Virus record (IMG/VR): IMGVR_UViG_3300045988_099805
Location: 1-61,173 of that record
Length of the DNA: 61,173 nucleotides
Reading direction: 5' to 3' (one strand)
Source of the DNA: a virus
The position numbers were made by a program, and so were the translations under genes. The first letter of the stretch is position 1. Each line of letters starts with the position of its first letter. The notes beneath the pieces are model-generated. The model saw only the letters and a list, made by a program, of their open reading frames with translations. It was not told the DNA's origin and did not search any database. This document shows positions 43,620-54,538 of this stretch, one piece after another.

Positions 43620-43748
43620 ATGGTAAATGTAGATTTTAATGATTTATCCATCGTTGACTTGGAAGTTATCAGTGCTTTTACCGGCATTGGTTTTGTGATC
43701 AACAACGGAAAGGTTACAAAGATTGTCTTTCCGGGAAAGGAGAAGTAA
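43620..43748 (+). CDS. hypothetical small protein (42 aa)
   Basis: Abuts the next start codon. Read manually. Confidence 0.35.
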   Translation: MVNVDFNDLSIVDLEVISAFTGIGFVINNGKVTKIVFPGKEK

Positions 43749-44027
43749 ATGTTAGAAGTTACAGGAGTTGAAGAAAAGGTTTGTGAGTGCAAGAAGAATG
43801 TAATTGAGATTGGCAGAAAGCGATACGAGGAGCTTTTAGGTCTTGAGAGCCGTATTGGTGTACTGGTTGAGCTTATCAGACTTGACGGTTACGTGAATGT
43901 CACTCAAATGCTGACAATTATCGGAACGATTGACGCACAGGAAGTAATCGAAGTTTTACAGGAGAAAGAAAGAAAAAGAGAAGAAGAAAGGAGAGCGGCG
44001 GCAAATGAAAGAAATCAAAATCCTTAA
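43749..44027 (+). CDS. hypothetical protein (92 aa)
   Basis: AAGGAGAAG RBS. Confidence 0.5.
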   Translation: MLEVTGVEEKVCECKKNVIEIGRKRYEELLGLESRIGVLVELIRLDGYVNVTQMLTIIGTIDAQEVIEVLQEKERKREEERRAAANERNQNP

Positions 44028-45921
44028 CATTGAAATGACAAATTTTATGGCATATGGCTACGAAAAGGTCAGTTTCAACGATTTGACCAGAATCATCGGT
44101 CGCAACGGAGTTGGAAAAAGCACTATTGCGAATGCTTATATGTGGCTCCTGTTTGATTGTGACTACGATTTGACACCGAAGCCGGTTGTGAGACGGGAAG
44201 AAAGTGGAGTGCCGGTTGATGGAGATGTTATTGTATCGGCTACGTTTGATGTTAACGGTAAAACCTTCACAATGAAAAAGGTTCAGAAGCGGACATTTAG
44301 CAAAGACGGCAGCAGTTACAAGGACGATAACAAGTATTTTATTAACGACGTTCCAAAAACTGCCAAGGACTTTAAGGGTTACATTGGCATTGATATGGAC
44401 ATTGTCAAGATGTGCTGTAACATCAACGCTTTTACCGCACAGAAGCCGGTCGAAATGAGAAAATACCTTTTTGCTCATACGGACAGTATTAGCGATTATG
44501 ATATCGCCGCAGGAAACGAAGATTTGAAAGACCTTTTGCCGTTGTTGTCTGATTACACAGCAGAAGAGATAACGGCAATGAACAAATCCATTGTAAGCGA
44601 TATGAAAAAGGAATTATCAACATATTCCGGTCGTATCGCAGAGAAAGAGCTGGAGATCAAGCAGAAGCAGGAAACGGACGTATCGGCATTGGAATTGCAG
44701 AAAAATCTATTGCTGGAACGTCTGAAAGAAAACAAAGACAAGCAGGCTTCTAATAAAAAGTTGATGGATTCTTATGATAAGGAGACCAACGATATCCTTG
44801 ATATGAAATTCCGGCTTAATGATATGGTTCGTGAGGCAAACGAAGAAACAGAAAAAGAATTGAGTGACATTAAAAAACAGATTGGAAGAAAAGAAGAGAT
44901 TTTTACCAAGCTTAATGTAAAAATACATAAGAATACTTTTGATCTTTCTGGTTACAAAAAAGAAAACATTAAGCTAAACGAGGAAAGAGAAAGACTTTCT
45001 AATGTTTGGCAGTCTGTGAAATCAGAGCAATTCGACGAGAAATCGACTGTATGTCCGACGTGTCACCGGGAGTTCCCGGATGAAGAAATCGAAACTCTGA
45101 AATCTGATTTTGAGAAGTCAAAGAATGATCGGATCGAAAAAATCGAGAGTGACGGTTTGAAAATTAAGAAAGAAATCGAGGAAAACAACAAAGAAATATC
45201 TAAATTAGAGGAACTAAACAAAAATAACGAAGCTGATAAGAAAATTTTGGCAGAAGAGATTGAGCAGCTTGAAAACAATCTGTCCAAAGAAAGAAGCGAC
45301 ATTACCGGCACCGATGATTACAAGAAGTTGGAAAGTGAGATTTCCGAAAAGGAGAAATTCCTTGAGAAATACAATGACATTTCCGCTTTGAAAACTATTC
45401 TAGCCGGAGAAGAGACAGAAATACGTTCGGAATTGGCAGAATGTGAAAAGCTTCTGATGCAGGCAGATACTTCCGATTGCGAGGATAGATTAGAGACTCT
45501 GCGAAAAGAGCAACGTGAAAAATCACAGAAGCAGGCAGACGCAGAGAAGGTTCTTCATTTGATTGAGGAGTTAGAGAAAGCAAAAAACTCAAAATTGGCT
45601 GATGCCGTAAACGCTAATTTTGGAATCGTCAAATGGAAACTGTTTGAGATTGGAAAATCCGGCGGTTGTAAATCGGATTGCATTCCTATGGTGGATGGAA
45701 AGTCAATTCTAACCACTATGAGCAACAAGGGTAACCGCATCATTGGCAGGATTGACATTTGTAATTCGATCCAGAAAATGAGCGGGATCCGTTGCCCTAT
45801 TTGGATCGATGATGTTGAGAGCTTGGATGAAGCGAACCGGGCGAAAGTAATTGATATGATCGAAAGTCAGAAGATTCTTCTGATTGTTGATAACAAAGAT
45901 ATGGAAATTATGGAGGGATAA
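44005..45921 (+). CDS. SMC/SbcC-like AAA ATPase (recombination-associated)
   Basis: Walker A GRNGVGKST at the N-terminus, a 350-aa coiled coil with a CPTC hook-like motif, and a C-terminal ...PIWIDDVESLD Walker B region. Confidence 0.65.
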   Translation: MKEIKILNIEMTNFMAYGYEKVSFNDLTRIIGRNGVGKSTIANAYMWLLFDCDYDLTPKPVVRREESGVPVDGDVIVSATFDVNGKTFTMKKVQKRTFSKDGSSYKDDNKYFINDVPKTAKDFKGYIGIDMDIVKMCCNINAFTAQKPVEMRKYLFAHTDSISDYDIAAGNEDLKDLLPLLSDYTAEEITAMNKSIVSDMKKELSTYSGRIAEKELEIKQKQETDVSALELQKNLLLERLKENKDKQASNKKLMDSYDKETNDILDMKFRLNDMVREANEETEKELSDIKKQIGRKEEIFTKLNVKIHKNTFDLSGYKKENIKLNEERERLSNVWQSVKSEQFDEKSTVCPTCHREFPDEEIETLKSDFEKSKNDRIEKIESDGLKIKKEIEENNKEISKLEELNKNNEADKKILAEEIEQLENNLSKERSDITGTDDYKKLESEISEKEKFLEKYNDISALKTILAGEETEIRSELAECEKLLMQADTSDCEDRLETLRKEQREKSQKQADAEKVLHLIEELEKAKNSKLADAVNANFGIVKWKLFEIGKSGGCKSDCIPMVDGKSILTTMSNKGNRIIGRIDICNSIQKMSGIRCPIWIDDVESLDEANRAKVIDMIESQKILLIVDNKDMEIMEG

Positions 45922-45924
45922 AGA

Positions 45925-46533
45925 ATGAGTAGTAAAACATTGGAAATGGCAAGGGAACTGGTAAAAAGACTTGAAGAAGAGGAGAAAAAAAGCAAAGTCA
46001 AACTTTGTGAATTGCATCCGGGCGATACATTCAAAATTGGAGATCATGATTTTATCGTCCTCTTTCAAGATGATTTCACGGAAACAACAAGAGTAATCTC
46101 AAAAGGATTCATGGCAGAAAATATCGTATTTGATGATGATACGAGAGACTACAGCAAATCTAATCTTAGAAAGGTCATCGAGGGAGATATTCAGCCTATT
46201 ATCGAAGCGGAGGTTGGTGAAGAAAATATTGCTGAATATTCTGTTGACTTGACAACGGTTGATATGCAGGAAGAATTTTCTCATTTTAAATGCAAGGTCA
46301 GACCTATTACATTTGATGAAGCAAGAAAGTACAATGATCTTCTTGTGAATAACGAGTTAAATGATTGGTGGTGGACTTGCACACCGTGGTCTACAGCTGA
46401 AAGAGGATGGGAGTATTCAATCGCCGTTGTTGCTTCGTCCGGCAATTTCAACTACTGGGGCTGCAATGGCAACTGCGGTGTTCGCCCATTTTGTATCTTG
46501 AAATCTAATATCTTTGTATCGAAGGGAGAATAA
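45925..46533 (+). CDS. DGR variable protein 1 (202 aa)
   Basis: Its C-terminus carries VR1. A paralogue of 46536..47144. ...WWWTCTPWS...VVASSGNFNYWGCNGNCGVRPFCI. Confidence 0.8.
   Translation: MSSKTLEMARELVKRLEEEEKKSKVKLCELHPGDTFKIGDHDFIVLFQDDFTETTRVISKGFMAENIVFDDDTRDYSKSNLRKVIEGDIQPIIEAEVGEENIAEYSVDLTTVDMQEEFSHFKCKVRPITFDEARKYNDLLVNNELNDWWWTCTPWSTAERGWEYSIAVVASSGNFNYWGCNGNCGVRPFCILKSNIFVSKGE
46422..46496 (+). repeat. DGR variable repeat VR1
   Basis: Compared with the TR: 11 substitutions, all at TR adenines, plus C69->T. Confidence 0.85.
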
Positions 46534-46535
46534 TT

Positions 46536-47144
46536 ATGGCTAATTTAACAATGAAAATTTTACAGGAGCAGATCAACGACCTTAGAAATGAGGTTGCCAT
46601 TTTGAAAGCAGAAAAAAGTTTTTCTAAAATCCATACCGGTCTTAAAATCGGAGACACTTTTAAAATCGCAGGTCTTGACTGGAAGATTATTGACATTACA
46701 GACAAGGGTTATTCTTGCCTTTGTGAAATTTTGGAAGAAGAGATGAAGTTTGACGATTCTTCTAACGACTGGAGATCGAGCGTTTTAAGAGAATATTTGA
46801 ATGGGGATTTTCTCAAAAAGATATCCGATGAAGTTGGAAAAGAAAATATCGTTAAGTTCGAAAGAGATCTGTTATCTCTGGACGGTCAGACGGAATATGA
46901 AAAGTACGAGGATTTTATTTCTCTTCTTACTGTAGATGAATACAGGAAATATCGAAGTCTTATTCCAAATGAGGGAAATTGGTGGTGGCTTATTACTCCT
47001 TGGAGTACACCTTGCAACGATTATGAATATTCGGTTACCGTTGTTGCTTCGTCCGGCAGTATCGACAGCGGGAACTACAATGGCGACTTCGGTGTTCGCC
47101 CATTTTGTATCTTTTCTTCTTCAATCTTTGAATCAGAGGAGTAA
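46536..47144 (+). CDS. DGR variable protein 2 (202 aa)
   Basis: Its C-terminus carries VR2. ...WWWLITPWS...VVASSGSIDSGNYNGDFGVRPFCI. Confidence 0.8.
   Translation: MANLTMKILQEQINDLRNEVAILKAEKSFSKIHTGLKIGDTFKIAGLDWKIIDITDKGYSCLCEILEEEMKFDDSSNDWRSSVLREYLNGDFLKKISDEVGKENIVKFERDLLSLDGQTEYEKYEDFISLLTVDEYRKYRSLIPNEGNWWWLITPWSTPCNDYEYSVTVVASSGSIDSGNYNGDFGVRPFCIFSSSIFESEE
47037..47111 (+). repeat. DGR variable repeat VR2
   Basis: Compared with the TR: 9 substitutions, all at TR adenines, plus C69->T. Confidence 0.85.
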
Positions 47145-47148
47145 TTAA

Positions 47149-47520
47149 ATGGCTGGAACGGAATTAAAGGTAATCTTGAAAGCAAAAGACCTTGCTGAAC
47201 ATACACTGCGGATAACTTCAAACTGCAATAGATATCCGAAGAAATACAGATTTTCTCTTGTGGATAAAATGCAAAATAAAGCACTTGAAATCTATGAGTA
47301 TCTGTATGAATCTAATCGAACGGATTTGAAGTTGTATCGCAGGGAGCGGTCGGAGCTTCAAACCAAAGCAATAACGCATTGTGACGAACTTTTGTTTTAC
47401 ATTGAATTATCAACGAAACTAAACATCATAAATGCAAAAAGCACGGAATATTGGTCGAAGATGGTTTCTGACATTAAGCATATGGCGATTGCTTGGAGAA
47501 CTAAGGACAAAGAAAGATAA
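47149..47520 (+). CDS. avd: DGR accessory variability determinant (Avd-like four-helix-bundle protein)
   Basis: 123 aa, basic. ...RYPKKYRFSLVDKMQNKALEIYEYLYESN... pattern. Positioned between target and TR. Confidence 0.75.
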   Translation: MAGTELKVILKAKDLAEHTLRITSNCNRYPKKYRFSLVDKMQNKALEIYEYLYESNRTDLKLYRRERSELQTKAITHCDELLFYIELSTKLNIINAKSTEYWSKMVSDIKHMAIAWRTKDKER

Positions 47521-47545
47521 ATTTATTAGGTTGCGCACTGCATAA

Positions 47546-47620
47546 ACCGTTGTTGCTTCGTCCGGCAATATCAACAACAGGAACTACAATAACAACAACG
47601 GTGTTCGCCCATTCTGTATC
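47546..47620 (+). repeat. DGR template repeat (TR)
   Basis: accgttgttgcttcgtccggcaatatcaacaacaggaactacaataacaacaacggtgttcgcccattctgtatc. It is non-coding, rich in AAC/AAT codons in the VR frame, and has 22 adenines. Confidence 0.85.
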
Positions 47621-47718
47621 ACACAGACAGTTATAGTAGGTAGTAAGCCGAAATCGGAAAAAGATACAAAAAAGTGCACGACCTTTCCTAAAAGGATAAA
47701 TACAAAGGAATTTTTACT

Positions 47719-48747
47719 ATGGATAAAGATATTATTTGTGATTATGAAAATCTGTATAAGGCTTATAAGAAAGCTAAATACGGTAAAAAATTCAATGGCA
47801 GCAGTGCAAAATTTCAGACAATGAGCCTTGAAGGACTGCATCTTTTAAAAGAACAGCTTGAAAATCAGACATACCGGATGAATCCGTACAATGAATTTAA
47901 GGTCTATGAACCTAAGGAGAGAGTGATTAAATCGTGTTCTTTTAAGGATAAAGTTGTTCAACATTGTCTGTGCGATAACATATTGTATCCGAGATTGGAA
48001 AGCGAGTTCATCAAAACCAATTATGCAGGGCAGAAAGGAAAAGGAACTCATTTCGGAATGGATTGTCTAAGAGATCAAATGCTTGAGTTTTACGTAAAGC
48101 ACGGTCTTGATGGCTGGATTCTTAAATGTGATATTAAGAAGTTTTTCTACCAGATAGATCACGAAATCTTAAAAGATATTGTTGACTATCATTTTCCAGA
48201 CGAATATGTGAAGTGGTTAAATCATTTGTTTATAGACAGCACAGATGGTTTGGGACTTCCGCTTGGAAACCAAGTTGCACAGGTTTATGCTTTGTTGATG
48301 CTTAACGGGTTAGATCGTTTTATTACCGGAGAATTAGGTATAAAACTATACGGACGATATATGGACGATTTCTACTTAATCCACCAAGATAAAGGTTATT
48401 TGATGTGGTACCTTGACTGCATAAGGGAATTTGTTGCCAGTCTCAGATTGTCGCTGAATGGGAAAACGCAAATATTGCCGTTTAAAAACGGGATACTGTT
48501 TACCGGTTTTCATCATTACATTGCGAAAGACGGAAAATACATAAGAAAACTTACAGGATCGAATAAACGTAAAATCCGCAAGAAGATTAGAACATGGGTA
48601 AAGCTTGTGAAATCTGGAAGAATGACAGAAAAGAAGTTTTATGAAAAGTACAATGCCTGGAAAAATCATGCATTACACGGAAATTGCGTAAAACTTTGTT
48701 ATTCAATGGATTTATATGTAAAAGAATTATTTGAAAGCGAGGAATGA
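47719..48747 (+). CDS. DGR reverse transcriptase
   Basis: 342 aa. YGRYMDDF catalytic motif. LPLGNQVAQ resembles the DGR-RT (I/L)GxxxSQ signature. Confidence 0.9.
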   Translation: MDKDIICDYENLYKAYKKAKYGKKFNGSSAKFQTMSLEGLHLLKEQLENQTYRMNPYNEFKVYEPKERVIKSCSFKDKVVQHCLCDNILYPRLESEFIKTNYAGQKGKGTHFGMDCLRDQMLEFYVKHGLDGWILKCDIKKFFYQIDHEILKDIVDYHFPDEYVKWLNHLFIDSTDGLGLPLGNQVAQVYALLMLNGLDRFITGELGIKLYGRYMDDFYLIHQDKGYLMWYLDCIREFVASLRLSLNGKTQILPFKNGILFTGFHHYIAKDGKYIRKLTGSNKRKIRKKIRTWVKLVKSGRMTEKKFYEKYNAWKNHALHGNCVKLCYSMDLYVKELFESEE

Positions 48748-49634
48748 ATATGGAGACAGAAATTAAAGAAGCAGAAAGCAAAGAACTGGTTGCAAAAGAT
48801 TTTACAGAGGGAATGGTCGTAAAGATCAAGCAGAAAGAGCAATTCGGCTTGACGTTTCCTAAAGATTACAACTATACCAATGAGTTTATGTCGGCAATGC
48901 TTATTTTACAGGAGACTACTGACAGAAATAAAAAGCCTGTTTTGCAAAGTTGCAGCAGAGCAAGTATCGAAAATGCCCTTATTGAAATGGTCACTGACGG
49001 TTTGTCCATGAGAAAGAAGCAGTGTTATCCGGTCGCATACGGTGGTAAATTACAATGTCAGCGTTCCGTTTATGGAAACACCTGCATTGCGAGACGTTTT
49101 GGTCTGAAAGATATCAATGCTTCTGTTATTTATAAAGGCGATATCTTCAAATTTCATAAGGAAAACGCAAAGACTGTGATTGATTCTCACGAGCAGTCTT
49201 TTGAGAATATCAACAACGATAACATTATTGGTGCATATGCCGTTGCTGTTATGGATGACGGGGAAATTATTTCGGAAGTAATGACGATGGATCAGATTAA
49301 GCAGGCTTGGCAGCAGGGGTACGGATACAAAGAGAATGGTAATGGCACTCACCAGAAGTTTCCGGATCAGATGGCAATGAAAACAGTGAAAAACCGGCTT
49401 CTGAAATATATCAATAATTCACATACCGGCACGGAAAACGACATTGACGATTTGAATGTTGTCAGTGAGCAGGAAATGATTGAGAAAGATGTAGAGTACG
49501 ATATCGAGCAGAACGCCAACAGCGTTGATTTTGACGAATCAGACATTATCGACAGCGTTGCGACCGATGTTGACGATGGAGAGGCAGAGAAAAACGATGA
49601 TTTGCCGGAATTTATGAAAGTGGAGGAAGCGTAG
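48744..49634 (+). CDS. recT: RecT-family single-strand annealing recombinase
   Basis: ...NALIEMVTDGLSMRKKQCYPVAYGGKLQCQRSVYGNTCIARRFG..., with an acidic C-terminal tail. Confidence 0.7.
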   Translation: MNMETEIKEAESKELVAKDFTEGMVVKIKQKEQFGLTFPKDYNYTNEFMSAMLILQETTDRNKKPVLQSCSRASIENALIEMVTDGLSMRKKQCYPVAYGGKLQCQRSVYGNTCIARRFGLKDINASVIYKGDIFKFHKENAKTVIDSHEQSFENINNDNIIGAYAVAVMDDGEIISEVMTMDQIKQAWQQGYGYKENGNGTHQKFPDQMAMKTVKNRLLKYINNSHTGTENDIDDLNVVSEQEMIEKDVEYDIEQNANSVDFDESDIIDSVATDVDDGEAEKNDDLPEFMKVEEA

Positions 49635-49635
49635 T

Positions 49636-49962
49636 ATGAGAATTATATCACAGGATGGGAAATGCGATTATCCATACGAAAATAGAACTTTGTTTATTGA
49701 TTATATGGATGGACGTGCAATAAGGATTTTACCGTCTGCAACATGTGAACTGAGTGCAGAGATAGCCGTTTATTCAACGGAGGAAAAAGCAAAAATGGCT
49801 ATGGAGATGTTTAGAGAAGCATACGAAAACAACGAGTATTATCATCATATAGCAAATTCAGAATCATTTGCGGAAACAAAATTGCTTATGAGTAAAGAAC
49901 AATTTCATAAGGCTACGACAGAATATTTTCAATTTCCGCAGGATGAGGAGGTTGGATTGTGA
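49636..49962 (+). CDS. hypothetical protein (108 aa)
   Basis: Track ORF, tightly coupled to its neighbours. Confidence 0.5.
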   Translation: MRIISQDGKCDYPYENRTLFIDYMDGRAIRILPSATCELSAEIAVYSTEEKAKMAMEMFREAYENNEYYHHIANSESFAETKLLMSKEQFHKATTEYFQFPQDEEVGL

Positions 49963-50279
49963 AGAATGTCGAATTTATAAGCTATACGGGAAAATTTCCA
50001 GATTTGTGTTGCGGAGTTTTGACATTGAAGATTAACGGAGAAGTCGTTAAATTTGGACATGAAATTGAAGATTTCGACTTGAAAACAGGAAAGTACAACG
50101 ATTCTAATTTTGACGAATGTTGGCTTGGGAATAAATCCGATTCTGTTTGTTGCTCGTATGCTGGGTATTGGAAAGTTACTCCGGAATCGTTGCCAGAAAA
50201 ATATCGAATTTATTCTAAGGAAATCGAAGATTTATTTAACAAATTCGTTCCGGAGAGTAATTGCGGAGGTTGCGAATAA
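49959..50279 (+). CDS. hypothetical Cys-rich protein (106 aa)
   Basis: Track ORF; its start overlaps the upstream stop. Confidence 0.5.
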   Translation: MKNVEFISYTGKFPDLCCGVLTLKINGEVVKFGHEIEDFDLKTGKYNDSNFDECWLGNKSDSVCCSYAGYWKVTPESLPEKYRIYSKEIEDLFNKFVPESNCGGCE

Positions 50280-51004
50280 TGATTTTACGAACGATAGCAA
50301 CAGGATCAACCGGAAACTGCCATGCACTAATCAGCAATTCAGGAGAAATTCTTCTGTTAGATTTGGGAGTTTCCATAAACGAAATTAAGAAAGGCATTGA
50401 TTTCAAGATTTCTGATGTATGCGGAGCAGTTGTTACACATTGCCATAAAGATCATAGCAAATCCGTAACTAATTTTGAACGCATGGGAATACCGGTATTT
50501 ACCCCATACATAAGCCGTGAACCTATGGAAATAGGCAAGGAATTTGCGATCAAGGCATTTGACCTTACGACAGCAGACGGAAGATTTACACACACAAATT
50601 CAGACGGTAGTGAATGTCCTTGTTATGGATTCCTGATAGCTCACCCAGAGATGGGAAGATTGCTTTACATAACCGATTGCGAAGTTATCAAATGGAGATT
50701 TAAGGATATTGACCATATTCTTCTTGGTGTCAATTACGACAAGGATATGGTTGACTGGAGCAACCCTGCTAAAAACAATCATGTTTTCCGTGGTCACTTG
50801 GAAATCGGTACAGCTTGTGATTTTGTAAAGGCGAATTATTCAGACCGCCTGCAGAACGTCATAATGTGCCATTTGTCGGAAGGAGGTGCGGATTCTGATA
50901 GTTTTATCGGTCGGATGAAAAAATCGGCTCCTGCGGCAAATGTGAACGTTGCAAAACCTAACAAGGAATGGATTTTAATGAGAGGAGATGAACCACCATT
51001 TTGA
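50279..51004 (+). CDS. metallo-beta-lactamase-fold hydrolase (putative nuclease)
   Basis: ...VVTHCHKDHSKS is an HxHxDH-type motif. ATG 50279 overlaps the upstream stop. Confidence 0.65.
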   Translation: MILRTIATGSTGNCHALISNSGEILLLDLGVSINEIKKGIDFKISDVCGAVVTHCHKDHSKSVTNFERMGIPVFTPYISREPMEIGKEFAIKAFDLTTADGRFTHTNSDGSECPCYGFLIAHPEMGRLLYITDCEVIKWRFKDIDHILLGVNYDKDMVDWSNPAKNNHVFRGHLEIGTACDFVKANYSDRLQNVIMCHLSEGGADSDSFIGRMKKSAPAANVNVAKPNKEWILMRGDEPPF

Positions 51005-51012
51005 AAGATGAA

Positions 51013-51177
51013 ATGAAGTATTACGGAGAAAAAGATGCTATATCGTATTTTGAATCAGCAAAAGTAGTTTACAAAAATGAAGCAAGCAATTATTTACGTC
51101 ATTTTTGTAACAAGATTTTGGAACTTAGGGCAACGATTGGGACGGAGGAGAAAAATGACAGAATTTCAAAGAATTAA
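51013..51177 (+). CDS. hypothetical small protein (54 aa)
   Basis: Read manually; overlaps the next start. Confidence 0.35.
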   Translation: MKYYGEKDAISYFESAKVVYKNEASNYLRHFCNKILELRATIGTEEKNDRISKN

Positions 51178-51332
51178 GGGAATGTCGGTAGAAGAGCTGG
51201 CAGAATTTCTTTACGGTGTATCAGAGGGAACAGCTAAATTTGTTTCCTGTGATGATGAGTGCGACAGTTGCAGCGGTACAGAGGAAATTTGCGTACCGAG
51301 AATTATTGAGTTTTTGAAAAGCGAGGTAGACG

Positions 51333-51340
<8 letters not shown>
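51155..51340 (+). CDS. hypothetical small protein (61 aa)
   Basis: ATG follows GGAGGAG. The MSVEELAEFLYG motif is shared with 58830..58997. Confidence 0.5.
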
Positions 51341-52527
<1,187 letters not shown>

Positions 52528-52540
52528 GAGGTAAAAAATT

Positions 52541-52789
52541 ATGATTAAATCAAATATGGGAGAAGTTGAAATCAGCGGGACAACTACAATTATTTTGGCA
52601 GAATTTTCAGCACTTACAAAAGGTATGGTTGAAAGTCTGACTGAAAATTACGGAAAAGACGAGGCGAAAGAAATGGTGGAAGAATCTTACAAAAGAGGTC
52701 TTATGAGCGAAAAGGAAATCAGAAAAGAATCGCTTGACATTCTTTCCGACATTCTTGAAAACCTCAAAAATCACATTAAGGAGGATTGA
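52541..52789 (+). CDS. hypothetical protein (82 aa)
   Basis: GGAGGT RBS. Confidence 0.5.
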   Translation: MIKSNMGEVEISGTTTIILAEFSALTKGMVESLTENYGKDEAKEMVEESYKRGLMSEKEIRKESLDILSDILENLKNHIKED

Positions 52790-52793
52790 TTTT

Positions 52794-52997
52794 ATGCGAG
52801 AATGTAAAAGCTGCGTCCATTATGTAAATAGCAAATGCAGTAGTTGGGATTGCTTGCACGAAACTTTGCAGGACTTTGAAAACCGCTGTTATGACAAATT
52901 TTCGGAGGAGCTTATGGAAGTTCTCGAAAAAGGTGATTGTATCGAAGAAAATACAATCAAAGAAATTTCGGATAAGCTGAAAGGAGCCGTGGAATGA
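52794..52997 (+). CDS. hypothetical Cys-containing protein (67 aa)
   Basis: ATG 52794 follows AAGGAGGA. Confidence 0.5.
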   Translation: MRECKSCVHYVNSKCSSWDCLHETLQDFENRCYDKFSEELMEVLEKGDCIEENTIKEISDKLKGAVE

Positions 52998-53584
52998 GCC
53001 AGCATAAAAACATAGCACAGATTAAGGCTATCGAGAAGAAAAACCGAGAGCGGCTTCTGAAAGTGAATCCTAATCTGAATGACCGTAGCGGCATTTACTT
53101 TCTTACCCGTACAGACGAAAACGATATTTCGTATTTTTATATCGGGCAGGCAGTGAACATTATTCAGAGAATGTGCGGACACTTAACAGGGTATCAGCAT
53201 ATTGATCTTTCCGTCAAAAAAAGGGGATTTTTCAGTGAGGAAAACCCTTATGGATGGAAACTGAATTTTATCAATTATCCGAAATCAGAGCTTGACAAAA
53301 TGGAACAGTATTGGATTTTGGAGTACACAAAAAGAGGTTATCAATGCCGGTATAACAAAACAGCAGGCGGTCAAGGAGAAGGCAAGGAAAAGATAAATGA
53401 GTTTAAGCCCTCCAGAGGATACAGAGACGGTCTAAAACAGGGCGAAAAGAACCTAGCAAGGGAATTATCCTCTATTGCAGAAAAACACCTTAAAATCGAA
53501 ATTAGAGAGGACAAGAAGAACAACAAAATTTCTCAAAGGCAGTATGAGAAGTTTATGGATTTATTGAAAGTAGGTGAGGAATAA
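52994..53584 (+). CDS. GIY-YIG nuclease-domain protein
   Basis: SGIYFLT...YFYIGQAVNIIQRMCGH...EQYWILEY. Confidence 0.65.
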   Translation: MSQHKNIAQIKAIEKKNRERLLKVNPNLNDRSGIYFLTRTDENDISYFYIGQAVNIIQRMCGHLTGYQHIDLSVKKRGFFSEENPYGWKLNFINYPKSELDKMEQYWILEYTKRGYQCRYNKTAGGQGEGKEKINEFKPSRGYRDGLKQGEKNLARELSSIAEKHLKIEIREDKKNNKISQRQYEKFMDLLKVGEE

Positions 53585-53889
53585 TGAGCGGTGGAAGTTG
53601 GAGCTATCTGTATTCCAGAGAAGCTGATGAACTTATACAGTCTGGAAATATTGAATTGTTGGAAGAAATGGCTGATTATCTCAACCAAAACGGATATGAA
53701 GATGTGGCGAAAGATACAAGGCGGTTAGTTGAATATATCAAATCAGCTAAAATAAGAGTGGAAACACTCTTTGAAATGTTAAGTCCTGTTTTTAAAGCTG
53801 TTGAATGGTACTATAGTGCAGATTGGGGCAAAGACAAAGTTGACGAGGCAATAGAAGAATATAGGAACGGAAAGGGTGATTCAAAATGA
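53584..53889 (+). CDS. hypothetical protein (101 aa)
   Basis: Track ORF with an ATGA-type overlap. Confidence 0.5.
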   Translation: MSGGSWSYLYSREADELIQSGNIELLEEMADYLNQNGYEDVAKDTRRLVEYIKSAKIRVETLFEMLSPVFKAVEWYYSADWGKDKVDEAIEEYRNGKGDSK

Positions 53890-54161
53890 AGATTTTAAGT
53901 AAGAATAAATATAATAAACTCATTGAAGATTTAGAGGAATTACAGGAAAATCTAGAGAAACTCAAAAGGACAAACGAGAGTATCGGGAAAAAGCTGGAAG
54001 ATAAAAAGACAAGTTGCAAGCTGAATAGTGGCAGTGATTTCTGCTTTAACTGCAAAAACTCTTACAGATATAAGACATATTATGCAATGGGAGAAAGCGA
54101 ACAATGCGGTTGCTTGCTTAATGTATCTTGCGAGGATTTTGAAAGAAAAGAAGATAACTAA
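53886..54161 (+). CDS. hypothetical coiled-coil/Cys protein (91 aa)
   Basis: Track ORF with an overlapping start. Confidence 0.5.
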   Translation: MKILSKNKYNKLIEDLEELQENLEKLKRTNESIGKKLEDKKTSCKLNSGSDFCFNCKNSYRYKTYYAMGESEQCGCLLNVSCEDFERKEDN

Positions 54162-54515
54162 CTAAAAATCAAAGAAAGGAATAGGTTGTCCGGACATAAA
54201 ACCGAGGTTTCCTTTTTGTAAGAGAAAATGAATTTTGAAAATTATTCTTGTGATAATCAGATGTCTATATTTGACTTCACAAGAGAACCAATTAGCATAA
54301 CAAAGCCTATCCGATTGATAGAATTATTTGCCGGATATGGTTCGCAGGCTATGGCGTTAAAGAGAATAGGTGCTAAGTTTGAACATTACAGAGTTGTGGA
54401 GTTTGATAAGTATGCTATTGCAAGTTATAACGCAGTACACGGAACGAATTTTCCTACAATGGATATAACAAAGGTCCACGCAGAAGATTTAAACATTTGT
54501 GACACAGCAGCATTC

Positions 54516-54538
54516 ACTTACTTACTTACTTACTTACT
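54516..54538 (+). repeat. (ACTT)5.75 tetranucleotide microsatellite
   Basis: acttacttacttacttacttact, immediately 5' of the motif IV codons. Confidence 0.95.

Larger units (their letters stand above)
45925..48747 (+). mobile_element. diversity-generating retroelement (target1-target2-avd-TR-RT)
   Basis: One 75-nt TR matches two VRs with mismatches only at TR adenines, plus one shared C/T difference in the 3' IMH. An Avd-like gene and a YMDD reverse transcriptase are present. Confidence 0.85.
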
